Origin: Candidatus Thorarchaeota archaeon
GTDB lineage: Archaea; Asgardarchaeota; Thorarchaeia; Thorarchaeales; Thorarchaeaceae
Assembly (NCBI GenBank): GCA_046758445.1
Contig: JBHIAE010000058.1
Location: 1 to 16,786, forward strand
Direction: 5' to 3'
Length of the DNA: 16,786 nt
A program made the translations under genes and the position numbers. Below are positions 1 through 7,561 of the stretch, in pieces. Numbering within the stretch: position 1 is the stretch's first letter; each line of letters begins with the position of its first letter. Under the pieces are notes generated by a model. It did no database searches and was not told the origin of the DNA. It saw only the letters and a program-made list of their open reading frames with translations.

Positions 1-2
1 CA

Positions 3-455
3 CCCCTCCCACTCTTTCTGTCCGAGTGTTACATCAGTTTTGCAACAGAGCCGCTGAGTACAAGTAGCTCCCATGCGCATCATTTGACTGTGGAGATAAA
101 TGCAGCGATAGATGCTGACAGATTCTTATCGGTGCTCGTGATGAATCTGTTGGACAATACAGTGACACTTGGTGCAGGACCGGAATCTCATATCTGGATG
201 AAGCTTAGAGAAGCAGCTGATACGTATGAGATTACCATTGCCGACGATGGACCAGGCATAAGTGATTCAGTGAAGAAGACGCTCTTTGATCCAAATCATC
301 GGTTTGGTGGCGTGGGAATCCATCAAGCTTCTCAGATTGTTCGGAAGTACGGTGGCAGCATTGAAGTAGGAGATCGAGTCACATCTGATTCATTACAGGA
401 TGCCAATTTCTTAATTCGGTTGCCGAAGACAAGAGAACCCTCACAGACAGAATAG
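3..455 (+). CDS. Sensor histidine kinase, C-terminal HATPase_c domain (5'-partial; frame is open to the window edge)
   Basis: N-box-like MNLLDN, G1 box IADDGPGI, F box LFDP, G2 box FGGVGI, then YGGSIEV. No stop codon in this frame from base 3 to the TTG at 84, so the gene probably starts upstream of the window. Confidence 0.8.
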   Translation, partial: PLPLFLSECYISFATEPLSTSSSHAHHLTVEINAAIDADRFLSVLVMNLLDNTVTLGAGPESHIWMKLREAADTYEITIADDGPGISDSVKKTLFDPNHRFGGVGIHQASQIVRKYGGSIEVGDRVTSDSLQDANFLIRLPKTREPSQTE

Positions 456-458
456 CTC

Positions 459-917
459 TCACGAAACACCTGTGTCGTAGCAACCCGTCGAACCAGCATT
501 CTCGCTGACGCACACTTTGATTCTGTAGTCAGAAGCTAGCCGGAGCTCTGAAGAAATGTACTCTGCAATGAGCTCAGCAGTGGTTGCAGAATAAGGTATG
601 ATAATGCAGTCCTCCGTGGGGAAGACGTATCGCTTCCCACTGACCTTCACCTCATAGGAGATCCCGGCTTCTTCGACAGCAACCAAGTCTGATTTGCCGG
701 GCAGGAGGACCTTATGGTCTAACTGGGAGCAAACATTAACGGTCTGTTTCTTCACTTCTTTGAAGTCTAATACCATTCCTGCCGCATCTAAGGATCCAGT
801 CACAAGGACCTCAACCGTGTAGTTGTGTCCGTGAAGGTTCTCATAATAGTCGGCACCTATCACAAAATGCGCTGCACTGAAACTCATCTTTTGACTGTGA
901 ACTCTTATGCTGTGCAA
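459..917 (-). CDS. 6-pyruvoyl-tetrahydropterin synthase / QueD-like family protein (COG0720) with a PTPS-III-type ExxHGH active site
   Basis: FSAAHF, YENLHGHNY, GMVLDF, LDH, TTAELIA and VSE motifs. Start re-called to TTG at 917, which follows a GGGAGG SD; the ORF-track extension to 1028 overlaps the ligase and looks non-homologous. Confidence 0.9.
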   Translation of the reverse strand: MHSIRVHSQKMSFSAAHFVIGADYYENLHGHNYTVEVLVTGSLDAAGMVLDFKEVKKQTVNVCSQLDHKVLLPGKSDLVAVEEAGISYEVKVSGKRYVFPTEDCIIIPYSATTAELIAEYISSELRLASDYRIKVCVSENAGSTGCYDTGVS

Positions 918-999
918 GTCAATGCCTCCCGAACAACACCTACTTCTCGGCGTTCCACTTCTAAAACTGTCGGCCACAGATTTGGAATAGAATGGAACA

Positions 1000-2757
1000 T
1001 CACTGACCTCTTCCCCTCTGACGCTCAAAGGTTTCTATGAGGTCGTTCACAGTGGTAGCTTGCTCTGGCTTCTTGTCGTTTCTCCACCTGCCTGTGAACC
1101 TAGGGAATCGGATCGCAAGGCCACCACCCTCAAGCCTTCCGCGTCCCGCCGAGTGAGTAGGACTGATTGTTATCTCATCACCCAGGACCTCTATGACCTC
1201 TGCTGGTGAGAACCAGACATCAGCTTCAACGTCGGATATCACCTTGGGACTCATCGTTTCGAGACAGTGCTTGTCAAGTCGCTCCTTCAGATCAACCAGC
1301 ATCTCGTCCGTAAACCCGGTTCCGATTTTGCAGACGGTGGGGAATGTGTCAGAAGATTCATCATACGCAGAGGCAAGGATAGCGCCGTATAGACCTGCCC
1401 TCTTTCCTCTCCCGTGAATAGCACCAACCACCACAAGATCAACAGAGTCAGCCATTCCCTCTTGATAGGATGCCTTCAGCTTAATCCAAAGCCAGCTTCG
1501 AGAACCCGCCTGGTAACTCGACTTGTCATGAGTCGCCTTGGCAATGACTCCCTCGTGACCCGATTCAAGAGCCTCCTGGAATATCTGCCTGAGTCGTTCA
1601 GGATCGTTGGTCATTTCCCCAATAGTTGGGGACACATTCTCTTCAGAACGGACAATCTTCTCAAGAAGTTGGCGCCTCTCAGACAATGGTAGAGAAGTGA
1701 CATCGTTTCCCTCATGATAGAGAACATCAAAGAATCGCACAGCGACGGGAACGGCCTCGCTCATTGCTTCCACGTCGGTCTTCCTTCGACGCCTCATCAG
1801 TTCTTGAAATGGCCGGGGCTTGCCTGTATACGGGTCGATTGCCACGCATTCACCTTCAAGAATGCAAGTATCTGCATCCACCTGTGTCCTCACAATGTCG
1901 ACAACATCCGGATATTGCTCCGTGATGCGCTCCTGTCTACGAGAGAATAAGACGACACTCTCACCATTCTTGTGGACCTGAACCCGCTCCCCATCATACT
2001 TGTACTCGACAAGCACATCGGGGCCAGCCTTTTCGATGATCTCCTTGGGGTCTGAGAGCTTCTTTGCCGCCATCATCCTTATTGGAATACCAACCGTGGC
2101 CTGAATCTCTTTCAGAGAACTCACACCTTTCTCAGCAAGTCCCTCCGCGACCTTCGCCAAATCGCTGTACACGTTGAACGCGGCCTCAATCTCCGTCCGA
2201 GCATCTCTTCCTCCGGTGTAAGCCAGTGACAGCGAATCCATAATCCCCATGAATCCGATACCGAGCCTAAGCTGACCGGTCAGCGTTCTGAGAATGTACT
2301 TTGCCTCAAGGGGCGATGCATCGGACAACAACCCCACCAGTTTGGCGACTTTCTCCCTGGCGCTTCCCTTTCCCGAGGTCTTGGCAACGGAATCCAGCGC
2401 ATTGTAAATGTGTGTTGCAGTTAGATCTTCTGTGAAGAGTGTAGCTTGTGCACTCTCTTGCAGCAACAGTTCAGCTGCACCACCGACATCACCAGTTTCT
2501 CTTAGTTTCTGCTTCACAATGCTCTCTTTGGTAGAGGCCGCTGTCGCGACGACTTGGACAGCCATCTTCTCCGCGATTCCAATCTCTGGCTCACCTGTCC
2601 AGTCCGGGTGCAACTTCCCCGTTGTGAGGGCGACAATCTTCCCAACTTCCGATGGAGCGGCCTCCTTCAGGACTTCAGACAGGATTCGTGTCTTTTCGAG
2701 CGAACCTGAGGTGGACTCAATCTCCGCATAGGCCTTGGCGAGCCTTTCATAGAGCAT
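1000..2757 (-). CDS. lig: ATP-dependent DNA ligase (archaeal/eukaryotic type)
   Basis: Motif I EYKYDGER (adenylated Lys), ILEGE, FDVLY, EGVIAK, WIKLK, DLVVVGAIHGRGKR, KIGTGFTD, IRFPRF...R.DK, plus an N-terminal DNA-binding domain. Start taken as MLYERL at 2757. Confidence 0.98.
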   Translation of the reverse strand: MLYERLAKAYAEIESTSGSLEKTRILSEVLKEAAPSEVGKIVALTTGKLHPDWTGEPEIGIAEKMAVQVVATAASTKESIVKQKLRETGDVGGAAELLLQESAQATLFTEDLTATHIYNALDSVAKTSGKGSAREKVAKLVGLLSDASPLEAKYILRTLTGQLRLGIGFMGIMDSLSLAYTGGRDARTEIEAAFNVYSDLAKVAEGLAEKGVSSLKEIQATVGIPIRMMAAKKLSDPKEIIEKAGPDVLVEYKYDGERVQVHKNGESVVLFSRRQERITEQYPDVVDIVRTQVDADTCILEGECVAIDPYTGKPRPFQELMRRRRKTDVEAMSEAVPVAVRFFDVLYHEGNDVTSLPLSERRQLLEKIVRSEENVSPTIGEMTNDPERLRQIFQEALESGHEGVIAKATHDKSSYQAGSRSWLWIKLKASYQEGMADSVDLVVVGAIHGRGKRAGLYGAILASAYDESSDTFPTVCKIGTGFTDEMLVDLKERLDKHCLETMSPKVISDVEADVWFSPAEVIEVLGDEITISPTHSAGRGRLEGGGLAIRFPRFTGRWRNDKKPEQATTVNDLIETFERQRGRGQ

Positions 2758-2795
2758 CAGTCGCCGCTCCCGAACTAAAAGGAGGCACCACATGC

Positions 2796-2803
2796 TTTAT
2801 ATT
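2796..2803. promoter_or_regulatory. Putative TATA box (TTTATATT on +, AATATAAA on -) between divergent lig and eS17
   Basis: The best TATA-like element in the 95-bp divergent gap, about 40 nt from the lig ATG and 50 nt from the eS17 TTG. Confidence 0.55.
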
Positions 2804-2852
2804 CATATTCACGGGCACGCTGAGCCAATCACATCTACGCGGTGAGCAATAG

Positions 2853-3095
2853 TTGGGTAGTGTTAGACCAGGATTCATCAAGAATGCAGCAAGGAGCCTA
2901 ATCCAGCTTTATCCAGACTCCTTTACAGATGATTTTGAAACAAACAAGAGACTGGTTGAGCAGCTCACCGATATTGAAACCAAGAAGGTCAGAAACCGAG
3001 TCGCGGGGTACCTCGTCAGGCTTGTCAAGATCAGTATTGCTCGAGAAGTAGCAGAGAGCGAAGCGCCGGACGAGCAGATTGACATGGAGATGTAG
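2853..3095 (+). CDS. rps17e: 30S ribosomal protein eS17 (S17e)
   Basis: MGSVRPGFIK..A..L...YPDSFTDDFETNK..V......TKKVRNRVAGY is the S17e signature. TTG start preceded by a GGTGA SD at 2841-2845. Confidence 0.97.
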   Translation: MGSVRPGFIKNAARSLIQLYPDSFTDDFETNKRLVEQLTDIETKKVRNRVAGYLVRLVKISIAREVAESEAPDEQIDMEM

Positions 3096-3173
3096 TTCCC
3101 ATTCGGTCAGTTTTGCGGAATCCGACAAGAGAACTGAAAGGTCTCTTAAGGAGAAGATGTCTATCCAAGATGC

Positions 3174-4220
3174 ATGGATGCAGTCGGTAGCTCGCTATTT
3201 CTGGGGGACTGTCTGGACGTAATTCAATCCATACAAGAGTCGCACAGAAAGAGAATTCGATTGATCTACATTGACCCGCCGTATCTATCAGGAACTCAGT
3301 ATAGACTGAGAAAGAAAGCTGCTGGGACGACAGCATCTGCTCCATCTCTATCAGAGGTGAACACTTACACAGACAAGTGGAAAGGTGGTTTGGAAGAGTA
3401 TCTTCAGTTCATGAAGGAAAGGCTGACATCTATGAAGCCACTCCTTCGTGAAGATGGTAGTATTTGGGTTCATCTGGATTGGCACGTATCCCACTATGTC
3501 AAGGTCATTCTGGATGACATCTTTGGGTACTCCAACTTCACAAACGAGATAGTATGGAGAAGAACAAACAGTCCGAAGGCTCAAAGCAGAGGTTTCGGAA
3601 GTCAACACGACATAATCCTGCTGTATGCCAAAGACGCTATGAAGTTCAAAACGAATCCGGTGCACAGAGAACATGATAAGAAGTCATTGAAACCATACGG
3701 GTACGAGGATGAGCGTGGGAGATTCAGATTGATTGAGATTGAGGCTCAAGGAATCCAGAGGACGGACAGCCGTAAGCAGTTTGAATGGAGAGGCAGAACT
3801 GCGCCATACTTGTACAATAGTAAGACTTTGGACAAGTGGTGGAGTGAAGGCAAGATATACATCAGCAGGAATGGAAGATACTCCAAGAAACAGTACCTAT
3901 CAGATGTCCCAGGTGTTCAGGTTTCAGATTTGTGGCTTGACATAAGTCCAATTCAAGGGGCGTCCAAGGAGTATACAGGCTTCCTGACGCAGAAGCCATT
4001 GGCCCTGCTTGAGAGAATTATCGAGTGTGCCACCGACAAAGACGACCTCGTTGCAGACTTCTTCGCGGGGTCAGGTACGACAGCAGTTGCGGCAGAGAGA
4101 CTTGGCCGTCGCTGGCTGTTATGTGATCAATCAGATGTGGCAATTGAGCTGGCGAAGAAACGTCTTGGAGAAATCGGCAGCGATGTGAAATACGAGCATT
4201 CCATCCTGAATGGCATCTAG
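3174..4220 (+). CDS. Site-specific DNA methyltransferase, beta class (N6-adenine/N4-cytosine), orphan
   Basis: GDCL, catalytic motif IV YIDPPY near the N-terminus, GSIWVHLDWH, NEIVW, TQKPLALLERII, and SAM-binding motif I DFFAGSGTT near the C-terminus. Confidence 0.95.
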   Translation: MDAVGSSLFLGDCLDVIQSIQESHRKRIRLIYIDPPYLSGTQYRLRKKAAGTTASAPSLSEVNTYTDKWKGGLEEYLQFMKERLTSMKPLLREDGSIWVHLDWHVSHYVKVILDDIFGYSNFTNEIVWRRTNSPKAQSRGFGSQHDIILLYAKDAMKFKTNPVHREHDKKSLKPYGYEDERGRFRLIEIEAQGIQRTDSRKQFEWRGRTAPYLYNSKTLDKWWSEGKIYISRNGRYSKKQYLSDVPGVQVSDLWLDISPIQGASKEYTGFLTQKPLALLERIIECATDKDDLVADFFAGSGTTAVAAERLGRRWLLCDQSDVAIELAKKRLGEIGSDVKYEHSILNGI

Positions 4221-4287
4221 TTCAAATGGCGATTGACCGAGTACTTCTTATGTCACATCTATGGTGCTGTTCTCCTAGGTGAAATGC

Positions 4288-4758
4288 ATGGCAGAGAAGG
4301 TGACTGGGAGAGCCGGTGAAGTACTTCGATTCGGTCTTGGGGCTCGGAACTGGCTCCTAAATCAGGTGGATCGAGCTTCAGAATGCGTGTCTTGGACACC
4401 CCCTGAGGGAGGAAGGTCTCCCAGTGAGATAGTAGAACATGTAACCTCCGTACTCTTGATTGCATGTTCGATGGTTGCCGAGGAGCTTGCCATAGATCTC
4501 AACATAGAGGAGGTTGAGAGCGAGGGGGAACCAACGGAAGTCCTGAAAGATACGGTCCGTTCAGCCTATGATGCATTCAATGAACTCTGCGGCAAACTTG
4601 ATAACCAGATGCTAGACAAGGTCATGACCCTGCCTCCTCCTTTCGCATTTAGAGAGGGGTCTGTGGAAACTGTTATGCGTGTAATTGGGGGGTACCACGC
4701 GGTCCACCATGCCGGCCAGCTTGCCACTCACATAAGAAGATCGACAAAGACACAGTGA
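4288..4758 (+). CDS. DinB/YfiT-like four-helix-bundle putative metalloprotein
   Basis: WTP..GGRSPSEIVEHV and C-terminal HAVHHAGQL supply the His triad typical of DinB proteins. AGGTGA SD at 4277-4282 favours ATG 4288. Confidence 0.8.
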   Translation: MAEKVTGRAGEVLRFGLGARNWLLNQVDRASECVSWTPPEGGRSPSEIVEHVTSVLLIACSMVAEELAIDLNIEEVESEGEPTEVLKDTVRSAYDAFNELCGKLDNQMLDKVMTLPPPFAFREGSVETVMRVIGGYHAVHHAGQLATHIRRSTKTQ

Positions 4759-4797
4759 CAGCTAACGTCGATAATCTTAAGTCGGTTGTCATACAGT

Positions 4798-5040
4798 ATG
4801 CATGCGGTAGAGTTGCTGGATATTCTCTTGATTGTAGGAACCTTTGTTCTAGTGTTGGGACTGTATGGATACCTCAGACTCTCAGGGAAACTCGTCCGCG
4901 ACAAGGAGGCTCTTACTCACAGACGCACGAGCTCAGAGAAGCTTCATTATTCAAAGGTGCACGATGCGGCTTTCTTTGACGGTGCGGCTGAGGACTACGC
5001 TGAAGTGCTGAATCGAATCAAGCAAATGGGTGGAGGATAG
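4798..5040 (+). CDS. Small single-pass membrane protein, hypothetical
   Basis: Hydrophobic stretch ILLIVGTFVLVLGLYGYL followed by a basic then acidic soluble tail; fills the gap between DinB and sdhB. Start is uncertain (4798 ATG or 4813 TTG). Confidence 0.6.
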   Translation: MHAVELLDILLIVGTFVLVLGLYGYLRLSGKLVRDKEALTHRRTSSEKLHYSKVHDAAFFDGAAEDYAEVLNRIKQMGGG

Positions 5041-5076
5041 AAGCCCAGCAGCATGGTTTCCAATCCATGTCAGCTG

Positions 5077-5808
5077 TCATGTTTCCTTGATCTTCCGGAT
5101 AGCTCCCCCCGGAGCAACTCCCTTTGGACATACCTTCACACAATTGTAGATCAACTCGCATAGCGGAGCCCCCTCGGGAACCTTTGCAGCCTCAAGATAT
5201 ATCTCGCCATTCTCCACCCGAGAGTCCTCGTAGAATCTCCATGACTTGGCGAGTGCCGCCGGCCCCAGATACTCCTCTCTGTCTGCATTGATCGGACATG
5301 AACCAAAGCAGAGTGCACACATTATGCAGTTCACAAGGCGCTCGATTCTCTTGCGCTCATCTTGGCTCTGCAGTCGTTGGTCGTCGCTTTTGGCGGGTTC
5401 TGCCCATAGCTTCAGCGCTTCTAGCGCATCGTAGAACCTAGTCATGTCAACGACAAGGTCCTTCAAGATAGGGAGGTTTGGAAGTGGTTCGATTAGAACC
5501 TCTGTTTCTCGATTCCAGCCCGGAGGAACATCCATCAGAGCGTTGAAAGGTTTGAGCCTTGATTCTTGCTCTTTCAAAGAAGCAACCTGGGTCCTACATG
5601 CCAGACGTGGAACCTTGTCGACTAACATCGCACAACTCCCACAGACTGCCCCCCTGCATGAGTACCTGAATGAGAGAGACTCATCCATGTTGTCCTGAAT
5701 CTGAAAGAGCGCGTCCAGAACCGTCATTCCCTTTCTGCCTTCAACCTTGTAGAGGTCATAGTGTGTGATTTTGGAACCCTCAAGACTTCGTGCAACTCTG
5801 AACATCAT
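5077..5808 (-). CDS. sdhB: Succinate dehydrogenase/fumarate reductase iron-sulfur subunit
   Basis: [2Fe-2S] SCRGAVCGSC...RLAC, [4Fe-4S] CIMCALCFGSCP, [3Fe-4S] CELIYNCVKVCP; MTVLDAL, IEPL..LPILKDLVVD, YLGPAAL. TGATG overlap with sdhA. Confidence 0.95.
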   Translation of the reverse strand: MMFRVARSLEGSKITHYDLYKVEGRKGMTVLDALFQIQDNMDESLSFRYSCRGAVCGSCAMLVDKVPRLACRTQVASLKEQESRLKPFNALMDVPPGWNRETEVLIEPLPNLPILKDLVVDMTRFYDALEALKLWAEPAKSDDQRLQSQDERKRIERLVNCIMCALCFGSCPINADREEYLGPAALAKSWRFYEDSRVENGEIYLEAAKVPEGAPLCELIYNCVKVCPKGVAPGGAIRKIKET

Positions 5809-7484
5809 CAGTAATTCCTCTCCTTAACCTCAAACGTGCCAAGATTGACGTCAATGTACTCCGTCTTTAGATAGTCCTCAACTTTCGTGATGAGTGAGTG
5901 CTTCAGGAAACCTTCATCGTCACGTTTCGGGTAGTCTGTTCTCCAGTGGGCGCCTCGACTCTCTCTTCTCATCAGAGCTGTCATGGATATCACCTCGGCA
6001 AGGTCGAGCGCATTCTCGAGTTCAAGTGCTCTGGTCAGCGAGTAGTTGAATCGCTCTTCGCTTCGTGGTAGTGCTATCTTGGTGAAACGTTCCTTCAGGA
6101 AGCGGATTGCTTTGAGAGATGACTCAAGTGTTGCTTGTCCTCTGAAGACTCCTACTTCATTGTCCATTATCTCCCCGAGCTGGGATCGAATCTCTGCAGG
6201 TGACTCTCCCGAGTCTCTCAGCAGGATCGCCTGCAGTTTCTCTCTCATCTCAAATGCTGCATCTTCCACTTGACATGAATCTGCCTCTTGCGGGACCGCG
6301 AGATACTCCAGGACCTTCTGACCAACAAGACAGCCAAAGACAAGCGTTTCCAGGAGCGAGTTACCACCCAATCTATTGGCTCCGTGAACACTCATGCATG
6401 CTGTTTCGCCCACAGCATAGAGCCCAGAGAGTGGTGTCACTCCGTCTTTGTCACAGTGTATTCCACCCATTGAGTAGTGCTGCCCTGGGCGGACTGGAAT
6501 TGGTTCCTCAATCGGATCGACTCCCGCGAAGAAAATGGATATCTCTCGTATTCCGGGGAGCCGTTCCATAATCTTCTTGCGTCCTAGATGCCTCAGGTCC
6601 AGGTGGACGTAAGCGTCGTCAATTCCTCTCCCCTCGTTTATCTCTGTCTGAATGGCCCTTGCTACTATGTCCCGCGGAGCCAGCTCCATTTGCTTTGGAG
6701 CATACTCATCCATGAATCTCTTGCCATTTGCGTTCAGAAGATAACCGCCCTCTCCTCTAGCGCCCTCAGTGATCAGGATGCTGGATGGATAGAGAGTGGT
6801 GGGATGAAACTGAACGAACTCCATGTCCTTGAGTGGAACACCAGCCCTGAGGGCTAGTGCGGCTCCATCTCCAGTATTGATTAGGGCATTCGTTGAGTGC
6901 CCGTAGACACGACCGAACCCCCCAGTCGCCAAAACGACTGCCTTCGCCTCAAATCCGTGAACCTCTCCGGTGGCTATGTCAATCGCAGTCAAGCCGCATA
7001 CTTTCTTCTCAGACCGGACAATCGAAGTCACGAACCATTCATGATAGAACTTCACTCCGAGTCGCATGGCCTGCTCGTAAGTTGTGTGAAGAAGGTTGTG
7101 ACCAGTTCTGTCTGCGGCATAGCATGTCCTAGGGAACATTGCGCCGCCGAAAGGTCGCTGTGCAATCCTACCATCCTCGGTCCTTGAGAATGCAGTGCCC
7201 CATTGTTCATTCTCGATGACCGCCCTTGGTGCCTCCTTGGCCATGACTTCTACAACGTCTTGGTCAGCTAGATAGTCTGAGCCCTTCACTGTGTCAAAGG
7301 CATGCGCTTCCCACGAGTCCTCCTCACCCAGAGAGGCGTTTATTCCTCCCTGCGCGGCGACCGAGTGTGACCTTAAGGGATGCACCTTTGAAAGAACCGC
7401 AACATCCGTTTCTCCTACCAGCTCTATTGCTACTCTTAGTCCAGACAGACCAGCACCCACAACCAAAACATCATGCTCATACAT
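5808..7484 (-). CDS. sdhA: Succinate dehydrogenase/fumarate reductase flavoprotein subunit
   Basis: GAGLSG FAD fold, RSHSVAAQGG (covalent-FAD His), QFHPT, LITEGARGEGG, ELAPRDIVAR, HYSMGG, HGANRLGGNSL, ESRGAH. Confidence 0.96.
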   Translation of the reverse strand: MYEHDVLVVGAGLSGLRVAIELVGETDVAVLSKVHPLRSHSVAAQGGINASLGEEDSWEAHAFDTVKGSDYLADQDVVEVMAKEAPRAVIENEQWGTAFSRTEDGRIAQRPFGGAMFPRTCYAADRTGHNLLHTTYEQAMRLGVKFYHEWFVTSIVRSEKKVCGLTAIDIATGEVHGFEAKAVVLATGGFGRVYGHSTNALINTGDGAALALRAGVPLKDMEFVQFHPTTLYPSSILITEGARGEGGYLLNANGKRFMDEYAPKQMELAPRDIVARAIQTEINEGRGIDDAYVHLDLRHLGRKKIMERLPGIREISIFFAGVDPIEEPIPVRPGQHYSMGGIHCDKDGVTPLSGLYAVGETACMSVHGANRLGGNSLLETLVFGCLVGQKVLEYLAVPQEADSCQVEDAAFEMREKLQAILLRDSGESPAEIRSQLGEIMDNEVGVFRGQATLESSLKAIRFLKERFTKIALPRSEERFNYSLTRALELENALDLAEVISMTALMRRESRGAHWRTDYPKRDDEGFLKHSLITKVEDYLKTEYIDVNLGTFEVKERNY

Positions 7485-7561
7485 TCCGTCAGTGACCTCC
7501 CACGAAGTCTCATCTATCAGGTGAAGTCAAGCCTTCCCTCTCCTCCACGAGCTTCACCCGA

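Noticed and set aside
918-1028. N-terminal extension of the PTPS ORF (MSVRGEE...RCCSGG)
   Set aside because: Overlaps the ligase 3' end, shows no family similarity, and a good SD precedes TTG 917.
3157-3222. 21-codon out-of-frame ORF (MSIQDAW...) overlapping the MTase start, after AAGGAG
   Set aside because: The SD spacing is only 3 nt and the same bases fit a TATA-like CTTAAG 24 nt before ATG 3174 (leaderless start). No support for translation or frameshifting.
4798-5040. Small membrane protein as the missing Sdh anchor
   Set aside because: Opposite strand, a single TM helix, and no heme-ligand His within the membrane segment.
5808-7484. Alternative calls NadB or TfrA for the flavoprotein
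   Set aside because: The covalent-FAD His motif SHSVAAQGG and the coupled three-cluster Fe-S subunit lacking CCG domains indicate SdhA/FrdA.
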